Positions 1 through 8,563 of a DNA stretch of 64,000 nucleotides are shown here, one piece after another. Location of the stretch: contig DATIHJ010000013.1 of the NCBI GenBank assembly GCA_035480855.1, positions 45,659-109,658 on the forward strand. Reading direction: 5' to 3'. Made by a program: the position numbers and the translations under genes. The notes below the pieces were generated by a model. It did not search any database. It was given only the letters and a program-made list of their open reading frames with translations, and had not been told where the DNA came from. Every line of letters begins with the position of its first letter. The stretch's first letter is position 1. Source of the DNA: Patescibacteria group bacterium (lineage in GTDB: Bacteria > Patescibacteriota > Saccharimonadia > Saccharimonadales > JANWIN01).

Positions 1-282
1 AGGCAAATTCTGTGCAGTATTGCCTCCGGAGCTTTGGTATGCACGTGATAGGATTGCTGTTAGTGTTCCGGCAGCTATAACAATAGCTAATCCAATTAAG
101 GCATTCTTAATGACTTTCTTGGCATACTCAAGCTTATCTGGTTGGCCAGAGCTAGTAATGTAATGGTATCCACCATTAATTAGAAATAAAGTAGCGACCA
201 GGCCAGCTGTAGTTGCCAGAGTTAATACCACAGGCGCTATAAAATTCTTCATGGCTATCCCGGCCGCAGATGCATCAGCCAT
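1..282 (-). CDS. TrbC/VirB2-like type IV secretion pilin paralog, partial (C-terminus runs off the left window edge)
   Basis: Not in the ORF track because it is edge-truncated. My reverse-strand translation from the ATG at 282 reads MADASAAGIAMKNFIAPVVLTLATTAGLVATLFLINGGYHYITSSGQPDKLEYAKKVIKNALIGLAIVIAAGTLTAILSRAYQ... and stays open to position 1. It is colinear with the 317..655 product (GLVAT..GG..YITSSG.P..LE.AK...GL.I.IAA). An in-frame GTG at 312 is an alternative start. Confidence 0.55.
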   Translation of the reverse strand, partial: MADASAAGIAMKNFIAPVVLTLATTAGLVATLFLINGGYHYITSSGQPDKLEYAKKVIKNALIGLAIVIAAGTLTAILSRAYQSSGGNTAQNLP

Positions 283-316
283 CTTGGTATAGATGATGGC
301 CGCAATGTTCACGCTG

Positions 317-655
317 TTATTTCCCGAAGGCGTTGGTTGCGAGTGTAGTCACAATATTGCTGATGACAAAAGCGGCAATGGTGATGGCTAGTCCCATGCC
401 AGAGTACATAATGGTACGTTTAGCTTTTTCTAAGTGTTCTGGATTGCCTGAGCTCGTTATATAGCTAAAACCACCTACCACAATAAAACCTGTAGCAACC
501 AGGCCAGCTAGACTGGCCATAACGGTTATAACACTTCTAATAAAAGATTCAACACTGGTGACATCTCCAGCGGCAAGAGCTGTATGAGTGAAAACGATAG
601 GCAATCCGATAGCAATGTATAGTGATAAAAGTTTGAGATGTACACGCCTGCGCAT
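317..655 (-). CDS. TrbC/VirB2-like type IV secretion system pilin
   Basis: 112 aa. It has a long signal peptide (MRRRVHLKLLSLYIAIGLPIVFTHTALAAG) followed by two hydrophobic helices separated by a short polar loop (YITSSGNPEHLEKAKR), the VirB2/TrbC layout. GGAGGG lies just upstream of the ATG. Confidence 0.6.
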   Translation of the reverse strand: MRRRVHLKLLSLYIAIGLPIVFTHTALAAGDVTSVESFIRSVITVMASLAGLVATGFIVVGGFSYITSSGNPEHLEKAKRTIMYSGMGLAITIAAFVISNIVTTLATNAFGK

Positions 656-765
656 CGTTCCCTCCTATAATGTAGTTATATTTTTAGCACAATACTTGCA
701 ATTAATGCAAATACTTTTTATAGCATAAGAGGATTTAGTATTAATTTGTGAGAATTGTCTATAGC

Positions 766-1002
766 CTACTTCATCTTTAAAGATTTATTGATTTTTTCTT
801 CGCTAAAGCCCCACTCTAAAAGTTTTTTGTATATCTTTAAATTCGCAATATTATAAAGGTCGTGTTGGATAGTGTATTTCTCTCCTGACAATGGACTTTT
901 AACTAAAACATGACTACCTTTTCCTGCCTTTGTGTTAACTTCTAGCCCAAGGCGTCTACATGCCTTTATCCAATCCTTTTGTTTTTGATTGAAATTCGGC
1001 AC
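766..1002 (-). CDS. hicA: HicA-family mRNA interferase toxin
   Basis: 78 aa with a GTG start directly after the hicB stop. The segment WIKACRRLGLEVNTKAGKGSHVLVKSP...YTIQHD matches the HicA dsRBD-like core, including the conserved G-S-H. Confidence 0.75.
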   Translation of the reverse strand: MPNFNQKQKDWIKACRRLGLEVNTKAGKGSHVLVKSPLSGEKYTIQHDLYNIANLKIYKKLLEWGFSEEKINKSLKMK

Positions 1003-1362
1003 TTATGCACCTACGTGTACTCTTTGTTCTACTTTAGCTGGCTCGTTGTCAGAGCGAAGCAACTCATCTCTGCATAACTTAGGGGGGATTTCGAAATAGG
1101 TAAACACAGCATCCTTAATCATCTCAGGGATATGACGGGGATCTTTACCGCCTGTCATTATCCCATCTATATTAGTAGACTCAGCTGACCAAGTACCATC
1201 AGGTGCAACTTCAGTCTTAAATTGGATAGCATGTTCATCAAGAGCAGTAATAATACGCTGCATTTCTAATACAAGCTCATTTTGTTCTTCATTAAAATGA
1301 ACACCAAGCTTACGAAGTGTACTCGCAGTTGCATAGATTAACCGATTACTTAGTCTTTTCAT
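1003..1362 (-). CDS. hicB: HicB-family antitoxin
   Basis: 119 aa. The segment APDGTWSAESTNIDGIMTGGKDPRHIPEMIKDAVFTYFE resembles the HicB N-terminal (UPF0150) fold. It is directly abutted to hicA. Confidence 0.7.
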   Translation of the reverse strand: MKRLSNRLIYATASTLRKLGVHFNEEQNELVLEMQRIITALDEHAIQFKTEVAPDGTWSAESTNIDGIMTGGKDPRHIPEMIKDAVFTYFEIPPKLCRDELLRSDNEPAKVEQRVHVGA

Positions 1363-1565
1363 GATTCACACACCATCTGTTGTTAGCGTTAGCATATTAT
1401 ATCACAATTGCTTATTATAATAAAGACCTAATGTTGAGGGTTCTCTTTGCCAATTGATATCATTTACTATTCGTATTATACAGTATAAGCATAACCATGC
1501 TGTGATGAATATATCAAAATAAACTAAGGGAATTGTTATCAGAATCTATAAAGTATCTAGGCTCG

Positions 1566-4178
1566 TTAGTGAGCTTGGTATTGGCGAGGCAGGTATGCCC
1601 CATATGCTGGATTAGCGCTGCACTGGGCAATTGTTTGGCAGACTGAGCCATCAAACTTAGAGTAGGCGTACCAAGCTGCTTCTTTGGCGGCTAGATCAGC
1701 GCCAAATACATTTACTGGCATCTGATGTATAGGGTAGCCGATATAAAAGTGCAGAGGTATAGTTACGTTGTTATCGTATTGTTGCTTCTCATATTCTTTG
1801 TAGGTTCGCTGTACATAGCGCCCCACCGCCATATGATCACTATGGTCAGGATACTGAGTACTCGCATTCACAGGGTTTTGGGTTCGAATTTCAGTTGGCT
1901 GATAGGTGAACATTAACGTTTTGAGCCCATTAATTAACTGCTCGGAGCTATAGCTAGACTGCCCGTCTACTGCATGTATTATTCTAACCTTGCCTGCTTC
2001 TAAATTAGCCAAACTTTCATTGTGTGATCCTTGAAAACCCTGGCCTTTCACATTACCGTCAGGTAGATGCATAAATATAAGCGAAATTTTAGAATTTCCT
2101 CTGGGGTTTGCAACTGTTATAAACTGGTTATCTGCAAGTTTAACAATCCGCTGAACCCAAATAGAATCCGCATGAGCCATTTGTGAATAGGCCACCTCAG
2201 ATCCTCGCTCGCGACCCAACCAATAGAGCTCACCAGTACCAGCATCACCAGCTGTAATATAAACTGTTCTTACACAGTCACCTGCATTAATACTGTGCAG
2301 GGTATCCGGGTTTATAAATAATAGGTCGTCGTCCTCATGGGCGACAATATTCATAATAGTGGGCACAGGACAAGACGTATAAGGCAATTCATCTGGCGCA
2401 ATCGGAACAACCGTTGAGGGTCCAGCGGCGGGTTGCGCTGTAGTAGGTGCGCTGTTTTGAATACCATGATCATAAAAAAGTAGCAACTCCTCGGGCTTGT
2501 CCAATGTGCCGGCAATAAGGCTACTGGCATTAGGCCGCCCATAGTAACTAAGAACTTGTTTTAGTGAACAATTAGGAAAATCAGTCATGCTGCCGCTTAG
2601 AGTTAGCAAGTATGCAAAGCCGTGATTGGTCAAATCCGGTTGCCAAGCCTGGCTCGTAAGAGTATTGCGGGCTTCTGTGCAAGAAGATAGCGGCAGTACA
2701 TTTATATTTATATTAGCCGTTAGTTTTGTTGGGATAACCCTCCAATAATCGCCCACCAGTGTGCTCTCGGGATGATGCGCCAAGACTTGGGCAACTTTAG
2801 AATTGCGCTGGGTTATGGTGTCAAAAGCGGCGTTCTGCTGCTTATAAATCTTGTTAACCGAATACATACCTAGCAGCATGCCAATAACTAATACAGCACC
2901 TACCACTACAAGTCTGACAGCCTTCCAGTTCTTTTGGCGAGTATAGGTAGCGCCAGATACAAAGAATGCAAAAATTATAATGGTCAGGTAGCGGGCATCA
3001 ACAGCAAAGTAGTGGTTGGTGGCTATAAAGGCTCCAACTGCCACCACGCTAGACCAAATAAGCATGATGGATAACTTGGAAGCATCATCCAGTTTATTTT
3101 TTCTGCTGCGAGTGTGCGCAAAACTGGGACGTAAAACATACCAGCAGGCCACCAAGCCAACAAGCAAAATCGCCAGATTAATAACATAACTAATACCGCT
3201 TGGGCCAATTAGCCCTTCAAGTATTTGATGGGGAACATTTCTAAGTACCGTGGCATCAAAGCCTGGGTTTGCTCCAAAATTTGTTGCCAAACTTAGAACT
3301 GCATAAGCACTACCCAAAAGCCATTGATGGACACTGTGTGTCACTGCATATGGCCCGGTCGTTGACTGACTTACGATATGAGTTATATGAGCGGCTTGAA
3401 TAAACCACAAAATCACCAGAGACCCAACCGCCGCCGCCAAGCTACCTAACAGCCAGTTTACGGACAGAGTAACCATGTGCCAGGCTTGAGCTACAGCGTA
3501 GATAAGCAGTGCAAACAGTGCACCCCCAAGCGATAGTGTTAAAAACAGTTTATCGCTGGCAAAAAGCAGCGCCAAGCAACCCGTGCCTAGCCAGAAGCTC
3601 CAGCTTTTTAAATGCTCAGATCGAACTAACAAGTATAGTCCAAGGATATAGATAATATATTCAATGTTCCGAGTAGTGAGCATAGCCATATTGATGGGCA
3701 GCAAACCACCTGTGTATGGCTGAGCGGGTATTAGTAATAAAGTAGAAGCAAGTGCCAGGCAAAGCGTCCCAAATACAATTGGACGGCGCTCAATGCGGTA
3801 AAGCAATAATGCTAGCAGCGAGACTGTTAACAAGCTTATAGCCGCGGTAAAAGTAGCGAAAGTAGATTGAGAATAGCCAAATAGCTTAATAAGCCAAAAC
3901 ATAGGCCATTTTATTAATGAGCTATGTTGCCCAGGAAACATTGCACCACGGAAAGTACCTGTATGGTCAAACAGCAGTGAGTTAACTGTTTGATCGGCAT
4001 TATTCCACTGCACATGGGCACTTAGGGTCGCCCAGACGGCGGTAGTAATTAGCAATATAGCAATTGCTAACAGCATATATGCATTGCCAAAGTCTGGTTT
4101 TTGCACAAACTTTCTAAACCCTTTAGTTGAGGGGGCGGTTGCTGGTTTGGATCGTTTAACTTTGGATGATTTTGTCAT
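1566..4178 (-). CDS. Fusion protein: N-terminal polytopic (GT-C-like) membrane domain plus C-terminal PIG-L/LmbE-family de-N-acetylase domain
   Basis: 870 aa. The first ~440 aa are very hydrophobic with many predicted TM helices. The C-terminal ~270 aa carry the PIG-L signatures IVAHEDDDLLFINPD (AHPDD-type) and HSDHMAVG (HxDH-type). The soluble part contains several Cys residues. Confidence 0.6.
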   Translation of the reverse strand: MTKSSKVKRSKPATAPSTKGFRKFVQKPDFGNAYMLLAIAILLITTAVWATLSAHVQWNNADQTVNSLLFDHTGTFRGAMFPGQHSSLIKWPMFWLIKLFGYSQSTFATFTAAISLLTVSLLALLLYRIERRPIVFGTLCLALASTLLLIPAQPYTGGLLPINMAMLTTRNIEYIIYILGLYLLVRSEHLKSWSFWLGTGCLALLFASDKLFLTLSLGGALFALLIYAVAQAWHMVTLSVNWLLGSLAAAVGSLVILWFIQAAHITHIVSQSTTGPYAVTHSVHQWLLGSAYAVLSLATNFGANPGFDATVLRNVPHQILEGLIGPSGISYVINLAILLVGLVACWYVLRPSFAHTRSRKNKLDDASKLSIMLIWSSVVAVGAFIATNHYFAVDARYLTIIIFAFFVSGATYTRQKNWKAVRLVVVGAVLVIGMLLGMYSVNKIYKQQNAAFDTITQRNSKVAQVLAHHPESTLVGDYWRVIPTKLTANININVLPLSSCTEARNTLTSQAWQPDLTNHGFAYLLTLSGSMTDFPNCSLKQVLSYYGRPNASSLIAGTLDKPEELLLFYDHGIQNSAPTTAQPAAGPSTVVPIAPDELPYTSCPVPTIMNIVAHEDDDLLFINPDTLHSINAGDCVRTVYITAGDAGTGELYWLGRERGSEVAYSQMAHADSIWVQRIVKLADNQFITVANPRGNSKISLIFMHLPDGNVKGQGFQGSHNESLANLEAGKVRIIHAVDGQSSYSSEQLINGLKTLMFTYQPTEIRTQNPVNASTQYPDHSDHMAVGRYVQRTYKEYEKQQYDNNVTIPLHFYIGYPIHQMPVNVFGADLAAKEAAWYAYSKFDGSVCQTIAQCSANPAYGAYLPRQYQAH

Positions 4179-4240
4179 AAATATTAGTCATCGACCGGTC
4201 TATTATTAATAGCCGGGCATTGTGTCTTACATGCTTATAA

Positions 4241-4657
4241 TCAGTATACAGGGTTGTTCTCTGTCTTAAAAATCCGGGTTTTGTATAAATAAAAATTCCA
4301 AATAGTAGTGATGCCCAAGGCTAGCGTCCGTGTAGCTGCAGCTGGAATCACCCCAGATAATAAATTAGCCATCAGCAGCGTGAAGCCAAAGTTAAACAGT
4401 ACTAGTAGTGAAAATGCCAAAAGTTGAGGTAAAAGTACCCGGTGGTGCAAGCGCTTATCGCCAAAAGTAACAAGTTTTTGCAATATAAATGATACAAATA
4501 GGCCAAGCCAAAAACTTAGTGCAATTGCCCAGACTGGGCTGGCACCAAGCCACTGGGCTAACTCAATTACAGCGAGCTCAAACACATACACGCTCAAACC
4601 AATAACTATATACCGGTAGCCAGGCCTACTCAGAGGAGTGCGTATTTTAGCTTTCAT
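4241..4657 (-). CDS. GtrA-family membrane protein (paralog 1)
   Basis: Four hydrophobic helices and a C-terminal WNFYLYKTRIFK (GtrA-type NF..N+.W.F ending). The track ORF begins at a TTG (4702) that overlaps the upstream gene. I prefer the ATG at 4657 (MKAKIRTPL...). Confidence 0.7.
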   Translation of the reverse strand: MKAKIRTPLSRPGYRYIVIGLSVYVFELAVIELAQWLGASPVWAIALSFWLGLFVSFILQKLVTFGDKRLHHRVLLPQLLAFSLLVLFNFGFTLLMANLLSGVIPAAATRTLALGITTIWNFYLYKTRIFKTENNPVY

Positions 4658-4667
4658 CAAGACGCGA

Positions 4668-5645
4668 CTAATCCTTAATGCCAAGTGAGCCGCTACGGTC
4701 AATCACATAAAGGGGACGCTGCTTGGACTGAGAGTGGATGCGCGATATATAAAGAGACAATATGCCTTGTGACATAAGTACAATACCTACCAAAAACAGT
4801 ACCAATATGCCTAGCATGGCTGTACCGGTAAAGTTCCAGTTCCAAGGATCACTAAGCAGTAGCTGCTCAATAAAAACTGCTACTCCTAATATGAACGAAC
4901 TAATAGTTATAAAAACTCCTAGATAGCCAAACAAGTACAGCGGAGTAGGGGATAATGACACAAAGCTATTGGTTGCCAGTTTTACAAGGCTACTAAAGCT
5001 GTATCCAGGCGTGCCAGTAGTACGTAACTTCTCTGTATATTCAATGTATTCACGCTTGAAGCCTAGCCAGTCAATCAGCCCCCTCGTAACACGGTCAACC
5101 TCACTAAGTTTTACAAACTCTTTTTGTACCGCTCGGTCAATTAAACGGTAGTCAGTCATACCTGAAATAAGCTTTTGGCCTGTTAGAAGGTTAAAGGTCT
5201 TGTAAAACAGCCGTGAACCAAGCCGTTTCACAGTGCTTTCACTTTTTCGGTTAGTGGAAATGCCCACAACCACTTGCGCACCACCCTGCCACTTTTTAAC
5301 AAAATCAGGTATAAGCTCTACAGGATGCTGCCCGTCACCATCAATTGTCAAAATGGCTTGGCCATTTGCCTCAGCAATACCAGCGGACAGAGCGCTTTCT
5401 TTGCCAAAGTGTCTAGATAGTTTGATTAGCTTAATGCGTGGATTGTCTGAACGAAGTTTTTTAACTAATCCCGCTGTATCATCGGTACTGCCATCGTCAC
5501 AATAAATAATTTCATAGTTTTCGGCTGCAGTTTTTGCGGCCGTCTCTAGCGATGTGTTAAAAGCCAGTAGTCCATCTGCTTCATTGTGCAGCGGTACTAC
5601 AACAGATAGAATTAAGTTTTCTTGCTCACTCATATATTCACTCAA
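4668..5645 (-). CDS. Family-2 glycosyltransferase, polyprenyl-phosphate sugar synthase type (GtrB/ArnC/GacI-like)
   Basis: LSVVVPLHNEADGL...IIYCDDGSTDDT...LTIDGDGQHP, plus two C-terminal TM helices. This is the typical architecture of bactoprenol-phosphate glycosyltransferases. Confidence 0.8.
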   Translation of the reverse strand: MSEYMSEQENLILSVVVPLHNEADGLLAFNTSLETAAKTAAENYEIIYCDDGSTDDTAGLVKKLRSDNPRIKLIKLSRHFGKESALSAGIAEANGQAILTIDGDGQHPVELIPDFVKKWQGGAQVVVGISTNRKSESTVKRLGSRLFYKTFNLLTGQKLISGMTDYRLIDRAVQKEFVKLSEVDRVTRGLIDWLGFKREYIEYTEKLRTTGTPGYSFSSLVKLATNSFVSLSPTPLYLFGYLGVFITISSFILGVAVFIEQLLLSDPWNWNFTGTAMLGILVLFLVGIVLMSQGILSLYISRIHSQSKQRPLYVIDRSGSLGIKD

Positions 5646-5689
5646 GTATAACAGAGAGAGCTAGACCTTAGGATAGATTAAAACCTAGA

Positions 5690-6295
5690 TTACAATTTTG
5701 AATCAAGATGATGCCGATACTCTTCTACGGCTTGGGAATGTATCGCATCCATCATCACCTCATGGCTGAAGTAATCACGGAAGAACTGTCTAACTGGGGG
5801 GAGAAACTCTGTTTTATCAATTTTCTCTGGGTCAAACCACTTACCGCTTTCGCCGTCATATTCGTCACTTAACTTGCCCTCATTCAACTTTTGAATTTCT
5901 TCTGGGGTTAAGTCAATAACTAGTACTGTATTTTGGCAGTGCCGAACATCTGGTCCTTCTTCTCCTTCGCTTGGAGTTACGTGAGTAATCGTCCAGTGTG
6001 ATACCTCTTGGAAACGACCTGGACCAGCCTTTATCCCAGTATCTTTTTCTAGGTGTTCTGCTGCACTTTCGCCATTAGTTTTGCCGGGAGTGATTCGCCC
6101 GCCAATAAACCACGAGGCGCCTTTTTGTGGTTCGATAGCTCGTTTCACAAAGAACAATTTTCCAGTTTTTGGGTCTCGTGGCACTAGATCAGTGTAGCCA
6201 ATAGCAAAGTTAGCGTGAGCGGCTTTATATAGCTCAAGAGAGGCTCTCTCGGTAGGAATAGGGAAGGGTTCATTCTCGTCTTGAAAAAAGGACAT
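5690..6295 (-). CDS. Hypothetical protein with a degenerate Nudix-like segment
   Basis: VKRAIEPQKGASWFIGGRITPGKTNGESAAEHLEKDTGI resembles a Nudix box, but the REUxEE core is replaced by EHLEKD. The ATG at 6295 is preferred over the track GTG at 6313. Confidence 0.35.
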   Translation of the reverse strand: MSFFQDENEPFPIPTERASLELYKAAHANFAIGYTDLVPRDPKTGKLFFVKRAIEPQKGASWFIGGRITPGKTNGESAAEHLEKDTGIKAGPGRFQEVSHWTITHVTPSEGEEGPDVRHCQNTVLVIDLTPEEIQKLNEGKLSDEYDGESGKWFDPEKIDKTEFLPPVRQFFRDYFSHEVMMDAIHSQAVEEYRHHLDSKL

Positions 6296-6367
6296 ATAAC
6301 TATATAATAGCACTAAACATACAAAAAGTCAATGTAGCTAGACCTGTTAATCAGTCTAAGTAAAGGA

Positions 6368-7462
6368 CTATGTTTCTAGAACTTCTTTATAGACTTCTAA
6401 GGTTTGTGCTGCCATACGACGCCAGGAATAACTGCCGGACACAGCTTTACCACGGGCTATTAAGTGTTTACGTAGCCGTTCATCTCGTAGCACATTTCCA
6501 ATAGAACTGGCCATTTCTTCTACGTTTGTTGGGTCAAAATATACAGCTGCGTCCTTATATACTTCTGGTAACGACGTGGTATCGCTTGATGCCACTGGTG
6601 CGCCATGTACCATGGCCTCAAGACCAGGCAAGCCAAACCCCTCACTGAGCGATGGAAACACATAGACGCCGGTGTGTTCATAAAGCCAACGCAGCTGTCC
6701 TTCACTGACAAAATCTGTAAAAATCACATTTTTGAGACCCTTTTGTTGAACGTATTTTTCCAATCTGCGGTACAGAACATCTTTTTTTCCAGCTAGCACT
6801 AGACGCAGGCTAGGATTGGTTTGGCGCAGAAGCGCAAAGGCATCAACTAACATTTCCAAATTCTTATGCGGCTGTGGACGACCCACATACATTATGAAGT
6901 CCTTGTCCTCAAGCTCTTCGATCGGCTCAGGCTTTTCTGTAATCTCATCAGCTGCCTCAAGCGTTACAGTAATCTTGCGGCTGTTTATTGACGCGTAACG
7001 AGCCACGTCCTCTTTGACGAACTGGGTTGGTGTAATGACGACTGCAGATTTATGAGCAGTCCAATAAATGACAAATTTGTAGACCTGCTGCTTGATAGTA
7101 AACACTAGCCAGTTTTTAGCGGTGTTACGGAAACGAGCTGTCGTGAGATCTTGCATGGTCGTCACGACTTTACCCTGGTAGCCAATTGGCTGCTGGACCA
7201 TAACAAAATGTACTAGGTCTGCATTTAAGTCATGAATCTGTTTCCACATGCCCAATTGTTCGCCCAGGCTAAATTCTTTATAGCGGCAGCTGACTTTTTT
7301 GAAATTATTGCTGCTGGGTTTCCAGCCATCCATATCCGCTGGCTTCAAAAGCACAAAGTAATTGTTTTTAGTATCGATTTGCTGCAAATAGAGCAGCATA
7401 CGCTCAACGTATCGCCCTGTGCTTGTACGCAGTTCACGTGCGTCGATAACAATTTTAGCCAT
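6368..7462 (-). CDS. Family-4 (GT-B) glycosyltransferase
   Basis: C-terminal EGFGLPGLEAMVHGAPVASSDTTSLPEV is the GT4 E-x7-E region. Confidence 0.85.
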   Translation of the reverse strand: MAKIVIDARELRTSTGRYVERMLLYLQQIDTKNNYFVLLKPADMDGWKPSSNNFKKVSCRYKEFSLGEQLGMWKQIHDLNADLVHFVMVQQPIGYQGKVVTTMQDLTTARFRNTAKNWLVFTIKQQVYKFVIYWTAHKSAVVITPTQFVKEDVARYASINSRKITVTLEAADEITEKPEPIEELEDKDFIMYVGRPQPHKNLEMLVDAFALLRQTNPSLRLVLAGKKDVLYRRLEKYVQQKGLKNVIFTDFVSEGQLRWLYEHTGVYVFPSLSEGFGLPGLEAMVHGAPVASSDTTSLPEVYKDAAVYFDPTNVEEMASSIGNVLRDERLRKHLIARGKAVSGSYSWRRMAAQTLEVYKEVLET

Positions 7463-7567
7463 TAGCTATACTATACGTAATTTTGAACTTTCTAGAAATA
7501 TATCAATACTCACCGGTGTAGCTGATATACTAATCTTACAATTAATAAAAGACGTAAAAGGGGCTAG

Positions 7568-8563
7568 ATGTCTAAAAAAGCGCTAATAACTGGCATAACA
7601 GGGCAAGACGGTGGACACCTGGCAGAATTGCTTCATAAAAAGGGTTATGAAATACACGGAATTATTCGCGGCCAACAAAATCCACGCCGCCGGGCAATTG
7701 AACAAGAGTTTCCCTATGTAAATATTATAGAAGCCGACCTGACTGACCCATCCTCCTTATTCAGAGCCGTTAAGACGTCAAAGCCAGATGAAGTTTATAA
7801 CCTAGGCGCAATCAGCCATGTAGGCTACTCTTTTAAAAACCCTCAATTAACAGCAACAGTCACAGGTATAGGAACGCTTAATATGCTTGAAGCAATTCGC
7901 ATGAATAATAAGGAGAACTCCATACGTTTTTACCAAGCATCAACGTCTGAGATGTTTGGTGGCCTAGACTACAATCGCCCAGGTAAGGGCTATAACGAAG
8001 AGGCCTTGTTTCATCCGCGCAGTCCTTACGGTGTATCCAAGCTGTACGCTCACTGGATTACTAAAAACTATCGGGAAAGCTATGACATGTATGCCAGCTG
8101 CGGTATTTTATTCAACCACGAAGGTCCACGCCGTGGTCTAGAATTCGTGACTAGAAAAATTAGCAACGCTGTGGCGCGAATACACCTCGGTAAACAAAGT
8201 CACATTGAGCTTGGTAATCTAGAGTCTAAACGTGATTGGGGTTATGCCGGTGATTATGTCGAAGGTATGTGGCGCATGCTACAGCAGGACAAACCAGGCG
8301 ACTATGTACTAGCTACAGGTGAAACGCACTCAATTCGTGAATTTTTAGAACTTGCTTTTAAAGAAGTTGGCATAAATGACTGGAAGCCTTACGTAAAACA
8401 AAACCCGGCTTTTATGCGCCCAGCTGAAGTGGATATTCTACTCGGCGATCCTTCAAAGGCAGAAAAGGATCTAGGCTGGAAGCGGGATGTTGATTTTCCG
8501 GGACTTGTCAAAATGATGGTGCAACACGATTTAGGTGTTGAAGCCGAAAAAGCCGACCTCTAG
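7568..8563 (+). CDS. gmd: GDP-mannose 4,6-dehydratase
   Basis: ALITGITGQDGGHLAELLHKKGYEIHGIIR, STSEMFG, SPYGVSKLYAHW, ILFNHEGPRRG and RDWGYAGDYV form the canonical Gmd motif set. Confidence 0.95.
   Translation: MSKKALITGITGQDGGHLAELLHKKGYEIHGIIRGQQNPRRRAIEQEFPYVNIIEADLTDPSSLFRAVKTSKPDEVYNLGAISHVGYSFKNPQLTATVTGIGTLNMLEAIRMNNKENSIRFYQASTSEMFGGLDYNRPGKGYNEEALFHPRSPYGVSKLYAHWITKNYRESYDMYASCGILFNHEGPRRGLEFVTRKISNAVARIHLGKQSHIELGNLESKRDWGYAGDYVEGMWRMLQQDKPGDYVLATGETHSIREFLELAFKEVGINDWKPYVKQNPAFMRPAEVDILLGDPSKAEKDLGWKRDVDFPGLVKMMVQHDLGVEAEKADL

Noticed and set aside
656-1565. Mobile element or integration scar around hicBA (AT-rich flanks, weakly similar GAATTGT..TAT segments at about 749 and about 1530).
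   Set aside because: The similarity is short and imperfect. There is no integrase or transposase, no clear direct repeats and no tRNA target. This is insufficient to call a mobile element.
1725-3208. Short ORFs in the track antisense to or out of frame with the 870-aa gene (1725..1916, 2351..2542, 3023..3208). Similar shadows occur inside other long genes, for example 4969..5505, 6520..7465, 8576..9460, 38750..39334, 43597..44190 and 48504..49307.
   Set aside because: All lie entirely inside longer ORFs that have clear family motifs. Their translations are low-complexity or Cys/Arg-rich nonsense with no start signals, so they are treated as frame shadows.
8560-8563. Convergent gene pairs sharing a palindromic CTAG as both stop codons (gmd/rmd here, and again at 24047-24050). 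Also the 37-bp convergent overlap of nadD and the antiporter gene (37933-37969).
   Set aside because: These are real in the sequence but are most simply explained by genome compaction. There is no evidence of a regulatory system. They are noted only because they imply missing terminators and possible antisense read-through.
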